The notes beneath the pieces were generated by a model that worked only from the letters and a program-made list of their open reading frames with translations, made no database searches and had not been told where the DNA came from. Both the position numbers and the translations under genes were made by a program. Shown here one piece after another: positions 10,288 to 19,881 of a DNA stretch of 64,000 nt. Source of the stretch: an uncultured delta proteobacterium (GTDB taxonomy: Bacteria; Desulfobacterota; Desulfobacteria; Desulfobacterales; Desulfosalsimonadaceae). The stretch covers positions 448,001 to 512,000 of the forward strand of contig CAWGYD010000001.1 of NCBI GenBank assembly GCA_963826785.1. The letters are read 5' to 3'. How positions within the stretch are numbered: the stretch's first letter is position 1; each line of letters begins with the position of its first letter.

Positions 10288-11268
10288 GTGACCGCCCTGG
10301 TGCCGGAATCCGGCCCGGCGCTGAACAGCCATCCGGCCCGGAAATGGTTATTTACGCTTTTTTTTGAAAAGCCTGCCCTGCTGCCCCCGCCCGTTATCAT
10401 CGCCTGCTGCATCGGCCTGGCCCTGTTGATCGGGGGCGTGCGGCATCTCACCGGTCCGGAATATTCGCTGTCCCTGTTCTTTCTTTTCCCCATCATGCTT
10501 TCCACCTGGGTGGCGGGGCGGGGGACCGGGGTCCTTGTATCCGTCATCAGCATCGGTTCCTGGCTGCTGGCCGACCTCAGCCTGATGGCGCAATTTTCGC
10601 ATCCGGCGATCCCTTTCATCAACGAGACCTTCCGGCTGATCATGTTTCTGCTGGCGACCTGCCTGGTGTGGGAATTTAAAAACGCCCTGGAAAATCAGAA
10701 AAGCCTGGCCCGGACCGATCCGGTCACCGGCATTGGAAACCGTCTGGCGTTTGTCGAATTTGCCGAATTGGAGATCCGGCGTGCCCGCCGTTTTCGCAGC
10801 CCGCTTTCCCTGATCGTCATGGATGTGGATAATTTCAAGCAGGTCAACGACGTGTTCGGGCACCTGACCGGGGACAAGCTGCTGCGGGTGGCGGCGGATA
10901 CGATCGTGGGGAGCATCCGGTCCATCGACAAGGCGGCGCGGTTCGGCGGGGATGAATTCGGTGTGCTGCTGTCGGCGACCGACGTGCGGGGGGCGGGTTT
11001 CGTTTCCCGCAGAATGATGCGCCGGCTCAGGCAGCAGATGAACGCCAACGGGTGGCCGGCGACCTTCAGCATCGGTGTGGCCACTTTCGAACAGCCGTCC
11101 GGCGGCATCTATGACATGCTGCAAAAGGCCGATGCCCTGATGTATGCCGCCAAGCACCGGGGCAAAAACCGGATCATCCACAACCAGATCGTTCTGGAGC
11201 AGGACGGCATCATGGTGGAGCTGGAAGTGGCGTCTATGCCCTGCCCGGCGTGCGGAAATCGCACTTGA
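10288..11268 (+). CDS. Membrane-bound diguanylate cyclase
   Basis: N-terminal TMs, ARTDPVTG, DVDNFKQVND, RSID I-site five residues before GGDEF. Confidence 0.9.
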   Translation: MTALVPESGPALNSHPARKWLFTLFFEKPALLPPPVIIACCIGLALLIGGVRHLTGPEYSLSLFFLFPIMLSTWVAGRGTGVLVSVISIGSWLLADLSLMAQFSHPAIPFINETFRLIMFLLATCLVWEFKNALENQKSLARTDPVTGIGNRLAFVEFAELEIRRARRFRSPLSLIVMDVDNFKQVNDVFGHLTGDKLLRVAADTIVGSIRSIDKAARFGGDEFGVLLSATDVRGAGFVSRRMMRRLRQQMNANGWPATFSIGVATFEQPSGGIYDMLQKADALMYAAKHRGKNRIIHNQIVLEQDGIMVELEVASMPCPACGNRT

Positions 11269-11280
11269 GCAGCAGGGCGT

Positions 11281-13590
11281 CTATGGAGCGGAACGGATTT
11301 TCCGGGTTATCGCCATTGCCTGGCCCAGGGCGATTCCGCCGTCATTGGGGGGGATGCGCTGATGCCAGCAGGGAGAAAACCCTTCCCCGCTCAGGCGTGC
11401 AATCGTTTTTTCAGTGAGATGGCGGTTCTGGAAGCATCCGCCGCTGATGACCACCCGCTTACGCCCGGCGCGGCGGGCGAGGCGTACGATGGCTTCCACC
11501 AGAAAGTTGTGGAAGCGGGCTGATATGAGGGAAAGATCGGCTCCGGCCGCAAGATCTTCTAAAATGGCGCTTATCATGGGCGCCCAGTCAACGACTATGG
11601 GCATGTTCTTTTCCGTCAGGATGTCCATCGGATACGATTCGCTGGTGTCCGTCCCGTGGGCAAGAAACTCCAGCGCCATGGCGGCTTGTCCCTCAAACCG
11701 GCTCACCCGGGCCACATCCAGGATGGCGGCGACCGCATCGAACAGCCTCCCCGCACTGGAGGTCCGAAACAGGTTGAGCTTCTTTTCAAATGCCGATTTT
11801 ACAAGGTACCGCTCACTTTCGGTAAACGCCCGCACCGGCGCCAGGTCCATTCTGGCGAAAAGTCCTTCTCCCATCATCTCGTAGAGCAGCCCCATCGCGC
11901 TGCGGCGGGGCTCCCGGATGGCCGCATCCCCGCCGAGGAGGGGAAAGGTCCGGAAATGGGCCAGCCGCTCATACGCGCACCGGTTGATATCCAGAAACTC
12001 CCCGCCCCAGATGGTTTGATCCGGACCGTACCCGGTGCCGTCGAAAGCGACGCCCAGCGCCGGGGGCTCGATCTGGTTTTCCGCCATGCAGGAAAGGATA
12101 TGGGCGTAGTGGTGCTGCACCGGCACCACGGTCAGCCCGGATTGCCGGGCAAACCGGGTGGAGGCGTAATCCGGGTGAAGATCGCAGGCCATGATTTTCG
12201 GCGATTGATCATAGAGCCGTTTGAAATCGGAAATCACCGACTCAAAGGCCCCAAGGGCGGCCGGGGTTTCCAGATCGCCGATGTGCTGGCTGACAAATAC
12301 CCGGTTCCCCACCGGCATGGCCACGGTATTTTTCAGGTGTGCGCCGACGGCAATGGAGGGGGGCAGCGGGTCTTTCACATAAACGGGAAGGGGAGCGTAT
12401 CCACGGGCCCTCCGGAGCACCTGCTCGCGCCCCGCCCGGATGCAGGCGATGGAATCGTCAACATGCCGCAGGATGGGGCGGTCATGGACCAGGAACCGGT
12501 CGGCAATTTTTGAAAGCCGCTGCAGCGCCCGGTGTTCGTCGATGCAGATGGGCTCCTCGGAGCGGTTGCCGCTGGTGGCCACCACCGGGGTGCCGAGTTC
12601 GGCCATGAGCAGGTGGTGAAGGGGGGAGTAGGGGAGCATGATGCCGAAATACGGATTGTCCGGAGCCACGGCCTCTGCAATGGGCAGCGTTGCTTGACGA
12701 TGTTTTTCAAGAATCACGATGGGGGATTCGCCGGACCTGAGCAGCCGTTTTTCCGCATCGCCGACCCTGCACAGCCGTTCGGCCCAGGCCATGGACGGAA
12801 TCATCATGGCCAGTGGTTTTTCTTCCCGGTGCTTGCGCGTTCTCAGCCGCCGGACCGCGGATTCATTGCCCGCATCGGCCATCAAATGAAACCCGCCGAT
12901 CCCTTTGACCGCAACGATGAGGCCATCTTCGATGAACCGGGCCGCCATGAGAAGCGCTTCATGGTCCCGGGCCAGGGGCGCGCCGAGTTCATCCCAGAGT
13001 TCCAGGCGAGGACCGCATACCGGGCAGGCATTGGGCTGGGCATGGAACCGGCGGTCGGCCGGGTTGTCATATTCCGTCCTGCACTGTTCGCACATGGCAA
13101 ATCCGGCCATGGAGGTGTGGGGCCGATCATAGGGGAGTTCGTCCACGATGGTGAACCGGGGGCCGCAATGGGTGCAATTGGTGAAGGGATAGCGGTAGCG
13201 CCGGTCGGACGGGTCGAAGATTTCTCTGACGCAGTCCGGGCAGGTGGCGATATCGGGCAGGATCAGGGCGGTCTTGTCCCCGGCGGCATCGCTTTTCCGG
13301 ATGGTAAAACCGGTATAGCCCACCGGGTCCAGAAAAGAGGATTCCAGGGACTGGATATAGGCGTGCGGCGGTTTTCGGGCCTCGATGGCAAGCAGAAAGG
13401 CATCTAAATCCGCCGGGATTCCTTCGGCCTCGATGAAGACCCCCTGGTTGGAGTTGTTCACCCAGCCGGAAAGCGAAAACGATGCGGCCAGGTTGTAGAT
13501 GAACGGCCGGAACCCCACTCCCTGGACGGCGCCCTGGATGACGATCCTCAGGCGCCGGAGGGGTTTGGGACAATGTGTGGTGTTTTCCAT
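11281..13590 (-). CDS. hypF: Carbamoyltransferase HypF ([NiFe]-hydrogenase maturation)
   Basis: GAVQGVGFRPF acylphosphatase domain, zinc fingers CPDC/CTHC/CEQC/CPVC, QHHYAH, DGTGYG, PPNDGGIALGQ. Confidence 0.95.
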   Translation of the reverse strand: MENTTHCPKPLRRLRIVIQGAVQGVGFRPFIYNLAASFSLSGWVNNSNQGVFIEAEGIPADLDAFLLAIEARKPPHAYIQSLESSFLDPVGYTGFTIRKSDAAGDKTALILPDIATCPDCVREIFDPSDRRYRYPFTNCTHCGPRFTIVDELPYDRPHTSMAGFAMCEQCRTEYDNPADRRFHAQPNACPVCGPRLELWDELGAPLARDHEALLMAARFIEDGLIVAVKGIGGFHLMADAGNESAVRRLRTRKHREEKPLAMMIPSMAWAERLCRVGDAEKRLLRSGESPIVILEKHRQATLPIAEAVAPDNPYFGIMLPYSPLHHLLMAELGTPVVATSGNRSEEPICIDEHRALQRLSKIADRFLVHDRPILRHVDDSIACIRAGREQVLRRARGYAPLPVYVKDPLPPSIAVGAHLKNTVAMPVGNRVFVSQHIGDLETPAALGAFESVISDFKRLYDQSPKIMACDLHPDYASTRFARQSGLTVVPVQHHYAHILSCMAENQIEPPALGVAFDGTGYGPDQTIWGGEFLDINRCAYERLAHFRTFPLLGGDAAIREPRRSAMGLLYEMMGEGLFARMDLAPVRAFTESERYLVKSAFEKKLNLFRTSSAGRLFDAVAAILDVARVSRFEGQAAMALEFLAHGTDTSESYPMDILTEKNMPIVVDWAPMISAILEDLAAGADLSLISARFHNFLVEAIVRLARRAGRKRVVISGGCFQNRHLTEKTIARLSGEGFSPCWHQRIPPNDGGIALGQAMAITRKIRSAP

Positions 13591-14041
13591 TTCGGTATAT
13601 CGCCTGTCACGCGCAGAGGCAGGGACATATTGTCGTCTATGCCATGCGCCTTCGTAACATAAAGCCACAAATTAAGCACAAAGATCCTGCAGGTCAATGA
13701 AAACCACAAGGGCTGGCGGGGCACGGCTGAAATCTCAAGTGCCGGCAAATGCCCAGGGTTACGGTTCCATTTTTCCAAAAGGATCGTGAAAACCGGCATC
13801 GCGCAAATGATCATCTGCTGATCTGTGCGGTTCTTCCCGGCATGAAAAGAAGTTTGCCATTCTGTAAAAAAGGCCGCGCCTCCTGATTGCCGTATGGCCG
13901 GCATCCGGCACGACCACGACCTGACAGGGACTGGAACGGCAGAAGGCTCCTGAAAACAACCATCTGATTTCATTTAAATTTGACAGAGGGCAATCCCCGG
14001 CAGCTGCAAGAACGGAAACCGGATAGCGGGCCAGATTTTGC

Positions 14042-14057
14042 TGGCATACATGTTGCT
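14042..14057 (+). promoter_or_regulatory. sigma54 promoter of pat
   Basis: TGGCATACATGTTGCT with exact spacing; degenerate UAS ttgcca-ttc-tgtaaaa at 13854-13869. Confidence 0.7.
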
Positions 14058-14121
14058 ATATTCCACACTGTACAGATTGGTATTGCCGAATACGAACTGA
14101 ATAAAGCTTTGAAGGAAACGG

Positions 14122-16833
14122 ATGAGCGTATTTAACCTGGAGAAAATGCTGGCGCCCCAATCCGTGGCGGTTGTCGGTGCCAGTGAAAAGCCGGAAAGTG
14201 TGGGCACCGCCGTGATGAACAACCTGATCACCGGCGGTTTCACGGGGCAGATTTATCCCGTCAACCCGAATTACCGGCAGATCCTGGGGCATCCGGCGTT
14301 TTATTCCGTAGACGATCTGCCGTGCATTGACCTGGTGGTCCTGGCGACGCCCATCCATACCGCCCCGGAAATCGTCCGGAAATGCGCGGAAAAAGGGTGC
14401 GGCGGCGCGGTGATTTTGTCTGCGGGAGGGAAAGAGACCGGCTCCAAGGGCGCTGCCATCGAGGCGCAGATCCATGAAACGGTGTGCGGCGGCGGATTTC
14501 GGGTCATCGGGCCCAATTGCCTGGGGGTCATATCGACCCGATCAAACCTGAATGCCAGTTTCGCCCGATGCATGCCTGCTCGGGGGAAGATGGCCTTCAT
14601 CTCGCAGAGCGGCGCCATCTGCACAGCCATTCTGGATTTTGCGGTCAAAGAGAATATCGGCTTCAGCTATTTCATCAGCCTGGGCTCCATGCTGGACGCT
14701 GATTTCGGGGACATGATCGATTACCTCGGCAACGATGCCGGCGTGAGCGGTATTGTGATGTATGTCGAAGGCCTTTCCCGGATCCGCAATTTCATGAGCG
14801 CGGCCCGGGCGGTTTCCCGGGTCAAGCCGATCATCGCCTTGAAGGCCGGCCGCACGGCGGCCGGTGCTGCTGCCGCGGCTTCACATACCGGTGCCCTGGC
14901 CGGGGAAGACGCCATTTACGATGCGGCGTTCAAGCGCGCCGGAATCATCCGGGTCAAAACGTTTGCCGAACTCTTTGATTGTGCGGAGTTTATCGGCAAA
15001 CAGCCCCGGCCCCGGGGAAACGGGCTTGCGATTGTCACCAATGCCGGCGGCCCGGGGGTTATGGCGGCAGATGCGCTCCATGACTACGGGATTGCGCCGG
15101 TGAACCTGTCCCCGGAAACGCTGGACCAGCTGGATGCCGTGCTGCCCGGCCACTGGAGCCGGGGAAACCCGGTGGACATCCTGGGAGACGCTTCGGCGGA
15201 GCGCTACCGGGACACAGTGGAAATCCTGATGCGTGCCCGGGAGGTGGACGGGCTGCTCGTGATGCTCGCCCCCCAGGCCATGACGAACCCGACACAGGTG
15301 GCGCAAACACTGGTCGCCCAACTGCGGGAAAAACCATTTCCGGTATTCACCAGCTGGCTGGGCGGAAAGGATGTGGAAGCGGGCCGGGGGATTTTCAACC
15401 AGGCCGGGATTCCGACCTTCGACTCGCCGGAACGGGCCGTCCGGGCATTCACCGACCTTTATCAGTACACCTGCAACCTGGAAACGCTCCAGCAGATCCC
15501 CGGCAGACTGCCCGACCCGGTTGAACCGGATCATAACACGGTCCGCAGCCTCATTGATGCCGGGCTGTTGCGTCCCGGCGGGCTTTTGTCTGAAATTGAA
15601 GCCAAGCAGCTGATGGCCGCATACGGCATACCCGTCAACGCCACCGAACCGGCCGGCAGTGCCGATCAGGCGGTGCAGATCGCCGAAAGGATCGGTTATC
15701 CGGTGGCAATGAAAGTCAATTCCACCCTCATCGTCCACAAGAGTGATGTCGGCGGGGTCGTGCTCGGCATCCGGGATGCCGGCGAGGTCCGAAAGGCGTT
15801 CGATGATATCAAGACCCGGGTGGAGGCCAGGTTCCCCGGGGCCTTTGAAGGGGTCAGCGTTCAGGAAATGATTCCCGGGGGAGATTATGAACTGATTGCC
15901 GGGGCCAAAAAAGACCGGGACTTCGGGCCGGTTCTGATGTTCGGGACCGGCGGAATTTTAACGGAGGTTTTCAAAGACCGCTCCCTGGCGCTTCCTCCCA
16001 TAAACCGGATACTGGCCCGGCAAATGATCGAAGAAACCCGCATTTACCGGGTGTTGAATGGATACCGGAATCATCGTGCCCTGGATATGCTGCGGCTGGA
16101 GACGCTGCTGATCCGCCTGTCCCGGATGGTCGCGGACTTTTCAGAGATCACCGAGATCGATCTGAATCCACTGCGGGTCCAGCAGGGGCTCGTGGTTGCG
16201 GTGGACGCCCGGGTAATCGTCGGCCCGGCATCGGTGGCCGCTCCGCTGCATCTGGTGATCAGCCCTTATCCACGCCAGTATGAGAGGGAATGCGCCATCG
16301 ACGGTGTGGGCATGGTGCTTATCCGCCCGATTCAGCCGGAAGACGCCCCGCTGCTGGAAGATCTGTTCGCAGCCCTGTCCCCCCGGAGCATCTACTACCG
16401 GTTTTTCGGTCCCATGAAGCGTCTGCCAAAAGAGATGCTGGCCCGGTTCACCCAGATCGATTACGACCGGGAAATTGCCATGGTGGCCATCGCACGTGGC
16501 GACGGAAATGAAAAAATGCTTGGCGTGGGCCGGATCATTGCGCAAAACGTCCCGAAAGAGGCGGAATTTTCCGTCGTGGTCGCCGACTCGTACCATGGAA
16601 AAGGCGTCGGGGCCGCCCTGTTGAAAAGCTGCCTGTCTATTGCCCGGGGCAGGGAGATTGAAAATATCCGGGGGCGGGTGCTGCCGGGAAATACGGGGAT
16701 GCTGGCACTGGGGCGCAAACTGGGGTTTTCTGTCCGACTCGATCCCGTGTCAAAGGAATATGAACTGGCCCTTGATCTGAGCAGCACCGGGCAAGGGCAG
16801 AATCGAACAAAAGTTTATCAGTATCATCCATAA
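14122..16833 (+). CDS. pat: Protein lysine acetyltransferase Pat/YfiQ (NDP-forming acyl-CoA synthetase-like domain + C-terminal GNAT)
   Basis: VAVVGAS, IGPNCLG, ISQSGA, SHTGALAG, TNAGGPG, HKSDVGGV, then IRPIQPED...RFTQIDYDRE...HGKGVG GNAT domain. Confidence 0.9.
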   Translation: MSVFNLEKMLAPQSVAVVGASEKPESVGTAVMNNLITGGFTGQIYPVNPNYRQILGHPAFYSVDDLPCIDLVVLATPIHTAPEIVRKCAEKGCGGAVILSAGGKETGSKGAAIEAQIHETVCGGGFRVIGPNCLGVISTRSNLNASFARCMPARGKMAFISQSGAICTAILDFAVKENIGFSYFISLGSMLDADFGDMIDYLGNDAGVSGIVMYVEGLSRIRNFMSAARAVSRVKPIIALKAGRTAAGAAAAASHTGALAGEDAIYDAAFKRAGIIRVKTFAELFDCAEFIGKQPRPRGNGLAIVTNAGGPGVMAADALHDYGIAPVNLSPETLDQLDAVLPGHWSRGNPVDILGDASAERYRDTVEILMRAREVDGLLVMLAPQAMTNPTQVAQTLVAQLREKPFPVFTSWLGGKDVEAGRGIFNQAGIPTFDSPERAVRAFTDLYQYTCNLETLQQIPGRLPDPVEPDHNTVRSLIDAGLLRPGGLLSEIEAKQLMAAYGIPVNATEPAGSADQAVQIAERIGYPVAMKVNSTLIVHKSDVGGVVLGIRDAGEVRKAFDDIKTRVEARFPGAFEGVSVQEMIPGGDYELIAGAKKDRDFGPVLMFGTGGILTEVFKDRSLALPPINRILARQMIEETRIYRVLNGYRNHRALDMLRLETLLIRLSRMVADFSEITEIDLNPLRVQQGLVVAVDARVIVGPASVAAPLHLVISPYPRQYERECAIDGVGMVLIRPIQPEDAPLLEDLFAALSPRSIYYRFFGPMKRLPKEMLARFTQIDYDREIAMVAIARGDGNEKMLGVGRIIAQNVPKEAEFSVVVADSYHGKGVGAALLKSCLSIARGREIENIRGRVLPGNTGMLALGRKLGFSVRLDPVSKEYELALDLSSTGQGQNRTKVYQYHP

Positions 16834-16947
16834 AGGACCAATTCCGTAAGATACTCGTTAGTGGCCGAACCCAACCCGGATGATTGGACAAATAGACGGC
16901 TTGGGTCCAGTCAATGGTTAACCACTCATTTACAAGGAGGCAGCAGA

Positions 16948-17685
16948 ATGACCACCCATCATCCAAAACGATATATTCCCGGCACCTATGTCAACAGGAT
17001 CCCGAGCGGCAGTCCGAAGGCCGAGCAGGCGATTTATGAATGGGAGCAGAAGCGGTTGAAGGCCATCAAGGAAAAAGCCGCTCCTCCCCGGGTGACTCAC
17101 TGCATCGCCTTTTCCCGGAAAATCGGAGTGGGCGCCCTCGAGATCGCCGACCAGGTATCCAAGAAGCTCAACATGCGGGTCGTGGATCGTGAAATCCTGG
17201 AACAGATTGCCAGCAACAACAAGCTGGGTGAAAAGACCGTCGATTCATTCGACGAACGATATCCAGGGATCATGCAGGAATTCTCCTCGCTGCTGTTCGG
17301 GGAGAAATCATTTACCCTGGGAGATTACCTCCGGTATCTCACCGGGGCCGCATATGCTCTTGCGGATGCGGAGCCGACCCTCTTCGTCGGCCGGGCCGCG
17401 CACCTGATCCTGCCGCGGGACAGGGTGCTGGCGGTTCGATTCATTGCATCCCGGAGTTTTCGGGCCCGTCGGATTGCAAAGATCATGGATGTGGAAGCGT
17501 CGATCGCGGAAAAGGAAATCGACCGGGTTGATAAAGAGCAGCAGGATTTTTTCCGGAAAAATTTCGGGAAAAAAGACGCTTCTCCCTATGAATTCGATAT
17601 GGTGATCAACCGGGATTATCTTGAAGATGTGGAACTGGCCGCAGAAATTGTGGCCCGGGCCTACCAGGGCAAGTTCCAGAAGTAG
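16948..17685 (+). CDS. Cytidylate kinase-like family protein
   Basis: AGGAGG RBS; IAFSRKIGVGALEIA, VVDREIL, FVGRAAH, FDMVIN. Confidence 0.82.
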   Translation: MTTHHPKRYIPGTYVNRIPSGSPKAEQAIYEWEQKRLKAIKEKAAPPRVTHCIAFSRKIGVGALEIADQVSKKLNMRVVDREILEQIASNNKLGEKTVDSFDERYPGIMQEFSSLLFGEKSFTLGDYLRYLTGAAYALADAEPTLFVGRAAHLILPRDRVLAVRFIASRSFRARRIAKIMDVEASIAEKEIDRVDKEQQDFFRKNFGKKDASPYEFDMVINRDYLEDVELAAEIVARAYQGKFQK

Positions 17686-17713
17686 GGCGGCGGCAGATTC
17701 CAAAACGCCCATG

Positions 17714-17742
17714 GCCGGGCGACCAGGCACAGGTCGCCCGGC
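17714..17742. terminator. Hairpin between convergent genes
   Basis: gccgggcgacc-aggcaca-ggtcgcccggc, perfect 11-bp stem. Confidence 0.55.
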
Positions 17743-17800
17743 TGCGGCAGGTCAAAATTTTCCGGCACGGGCCGAAACCTCAGAAACAGCCGGCCAAACC

Positions 17801-18454
17801 TCACCTGAGCTTCAGCCCCGCCAGCTTGACGGCTCCCCGGTGGTAGCCGTCCGGAAAGAGCTTCTCGAGTTCATCGAGCTCAAGTTTCAAATTTTCGCAG
17901 GTTTCATAAACGGTGGGGATTTCACCGAATTTTTCGAAGTTCTCCCGTAAAAAGTTCAGCACTGTAAAGTGCTCGCGGGTAAGTCCGCCGGGAATCTTCA
18001 TCTCGTGGGCTTTGTACACGGCATATGCTTCATCCCACTCACCGGCGTCCATGAGAAATCCCCGCACATCCACCCGGTATTCCTTTTCCATCACCCCGAG
18101 ATGCAGATCCAGGTTGATGTCAAAAAATTCCCCCTGGCGGACGAATCCTTCCCGGTAGGTGACGCCGGACAGGAGGCAGGCGCCCCTCAGATATCCGGTG
18201 GGAAACAGTCTTTTGAGCACCCGGCGGTGAAGGGCCGTGCCTTTGGCGGTTTCAAAAACAGTGGGGCACCGGCCGGTTTTCTGAAACGTATCCCGGATAA
18301 AGTTGATCACTTCCCAGTGTTCTATGGTCAGTCCGCCGGCAATGCCCAGCTTTTTGGCCATGGTTTCAGCGAAATTTTCATCCCACTGGTGAAAGTCTTT
18401 CAAAAAACCCAGATGGTCGATTTCGTATGTCATTCCAATCGGATGCATGGTCAT
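17801..18454 (-). CDS. Tandem two-domain DsrC/TusE-family protein lacking the C-terminal active cysteine (RspA-like)
   Basis: Two repeats of (Y)xxDxxGFL...W...LTxEH...F.R...PTV.ET...LFP.GY.RGA; domains end GACLLSG and GAVKLAGLKLR*. Confidence 0.85.
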   Translation of the reverse strand: MTMHPIGMTYEIDHLGFLKDFHQWDENFAETMAKKLGIAGGLTIEHWEVINFIRDTFQKTGRCPTVFETAKGTALHRRVLKRLFPTGYLRGACLLSGVTYREGFVRQGEFFDINLDLHLGVMEKEYRVDVRGFLMDAGEWDEAYAVYKAHEMKIPGGLTREHFTVLNFLRENFEKFGEIPTVYETCENLKLELDELEKLFPDGYHRGAVKLAGLKLR

Positions 18455-18544
18455 CTGTTTTCGTCCTTTCATGAACGTTATTTACAGCCGCCCGGCCCTG
18501 CGGACGGGTTCTGCAGGTCAAGAGCCGGGATTTTCCCGGGCCGG

Positions 18545-19336
18545 TCAATTGGCTTCACTAATTTCCTTCATGCTGCCTGTTGTGCCGGATTCTTTTATAT
18601 TGAACTTCCGGTAAAAAGCGGTGGCCACAACATCCGCCGCGTGCCGGGGAGACGCGATGTAATCGCAGTTGATGACCATATCGAATTCTTTGGCCGGCGC
18701 CGATTTTTTATCAAATACGCGGCTGAAGAAATTGGCCTGCTCCCGATCGAGTTTTTCGAGATGGTAGGCCGCCTCCAGTTCCGATATTTCCATGATACCG
18801 GCCACGCGCCGGATGCGGAATGTCTCGCTGCAGATCAGACGAACGGCCAGGACACGCTCCCGGGGCAGGATCAGATGCGCTCCCCGTCCCACAAAGATGC
18901 CCGGCCCGAGGTCGGCCAGGCTCAGAATGGATTTGAACAGCAGGTGGCTGTAATCGCTTTTGACCCGGGTTTTGTTTCCGAACACCGCGGCGATGATGTC
19001 TTCAATCTCGCTCCGGCAGCGTTCTTCCATGAAGAATGCCAGCCTTTTGTCCAGCCCGTTTTCATTGGCCAGGTACTCCAGGATCTGTCGGTCGATTACG
19101 GGAAGCCCGATATCCCTGCTCAGTAAATCAGCCGTTTCCAGGGCACCCACGCCGATCATGCGGGAAAAGCAGACTACGGGAAAGCCCGTCGGCGCCGATG
19201 GGGTACTGACGCGTTTTGCAGTCCAGTCCTTGAATATCTGCTCGATGTGATCCCTTTCCAGCAGCGATTTTTGTTCCCTGTATCTCCCCGGATAGTATTG
19301 GCCGGCCTTGTCACCGTCGAAATCCATATGATTCAC
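18545..19336 (-). CDS. Cytidylate kinase-like family protein (paralog of 16948)
   Basis: VCFSRMIGVGALETA, VIDRQIL, FVGRGAHLILPRERVLAVR, FDMVIN. Confidence 0.82.
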   Translation of the reverse strand: MNHMDFDGDKAGQYYPGRYREQKSLLERDHIEQIFKDWTAKRVSTPSAPTGFPVVCFSRMIGVGALETADLLSRDIGLPVIDRQILEYLANENGLDKRLAFFMEERCRSEIEDIIAAVFGNKTRVKSDYSHLLFKSILSLADLGPGIFVGRGAHLILPRERVLAVRLICSETFRIRRVAGIMEISELEAAYHLEKLDREQANFFSRVFDKKSAPAKEFDMVINCDYIASPRHAADVVATAFYRKFNIKESGTTGSMKEISEAN

Positions 19337-19405
19337 CTTTCTTTTCCCTCCGGAAATGCTGATGTCGTTTGAATCAACAACCCCTCCCCATGATTGAAAG
19401 TAAAA

Positions 19406-19421
19406 TTCAAGAAGTATGCCA
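19406..19421 (-). promoter_or_regulatory. sigma54-like promoter of the CMK-like/dsrC-like operon
   Basis: Minus strand TGGCATACTTCTTGAA, nearly identical to the 636 promoter but with GA at -12. Confidence 0.5.
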
Positions 19422-19505
19422 CTGGCCGGAAAAGAACCCCCGCGCGGTTCCTGCTATTTTTCAAGAAGATGAAATGATCTCAAGAGGGGAAAGAATGCCG
19501 GGTTT

Positions 19506-19525
19506 TTTTACAACCTGTAAAAGAA
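19506..19525. promoter_or_regulatory. Putative sigma54-activator site (third copy)
   Basis: ttttacaacctgtaaaagaa, 19/20 identical to 9061-9080. Confidence 0.55.
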
Positions 19526-19881
19526 ACCTTGGGAATAAAGGCGTCCTTTGGGGAGGGATGGAAATCGGGGCGCAAATTTTTTTTTGCGCATGAAAATTTT
19601 TTTAAAAGCGCTCCGGCGTTTGGCTGCGCAGGTTGAATTTAAAGATATTCCTAATGGTTCAAGCGTTTATTAATTGAAATCGGGCGCAAGGCCGTTGGCT
19701 GAAAAATGTAAAAAATCACCCCGCCTTTCCCGTCAAACGGATGGAATCGATTTTCGGCATGATTTCTGAATAAACACCAATTTCAGAGCCGGGAAATCGC
19801 CCGGTCATACACGGGCGGTCACCCCGCTGGAATATGAAACGGTTGTAATTTGAAACATATGGATCAAATCGGAAGCCATAC

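Noticed and set aside
17801..18454. Calling this gene bona fide dsrC or tusE
   Set aside because: It lacks the C-terminal Cys arm required for sulfur transfer, and no dsrAB/tus genes are adjacent
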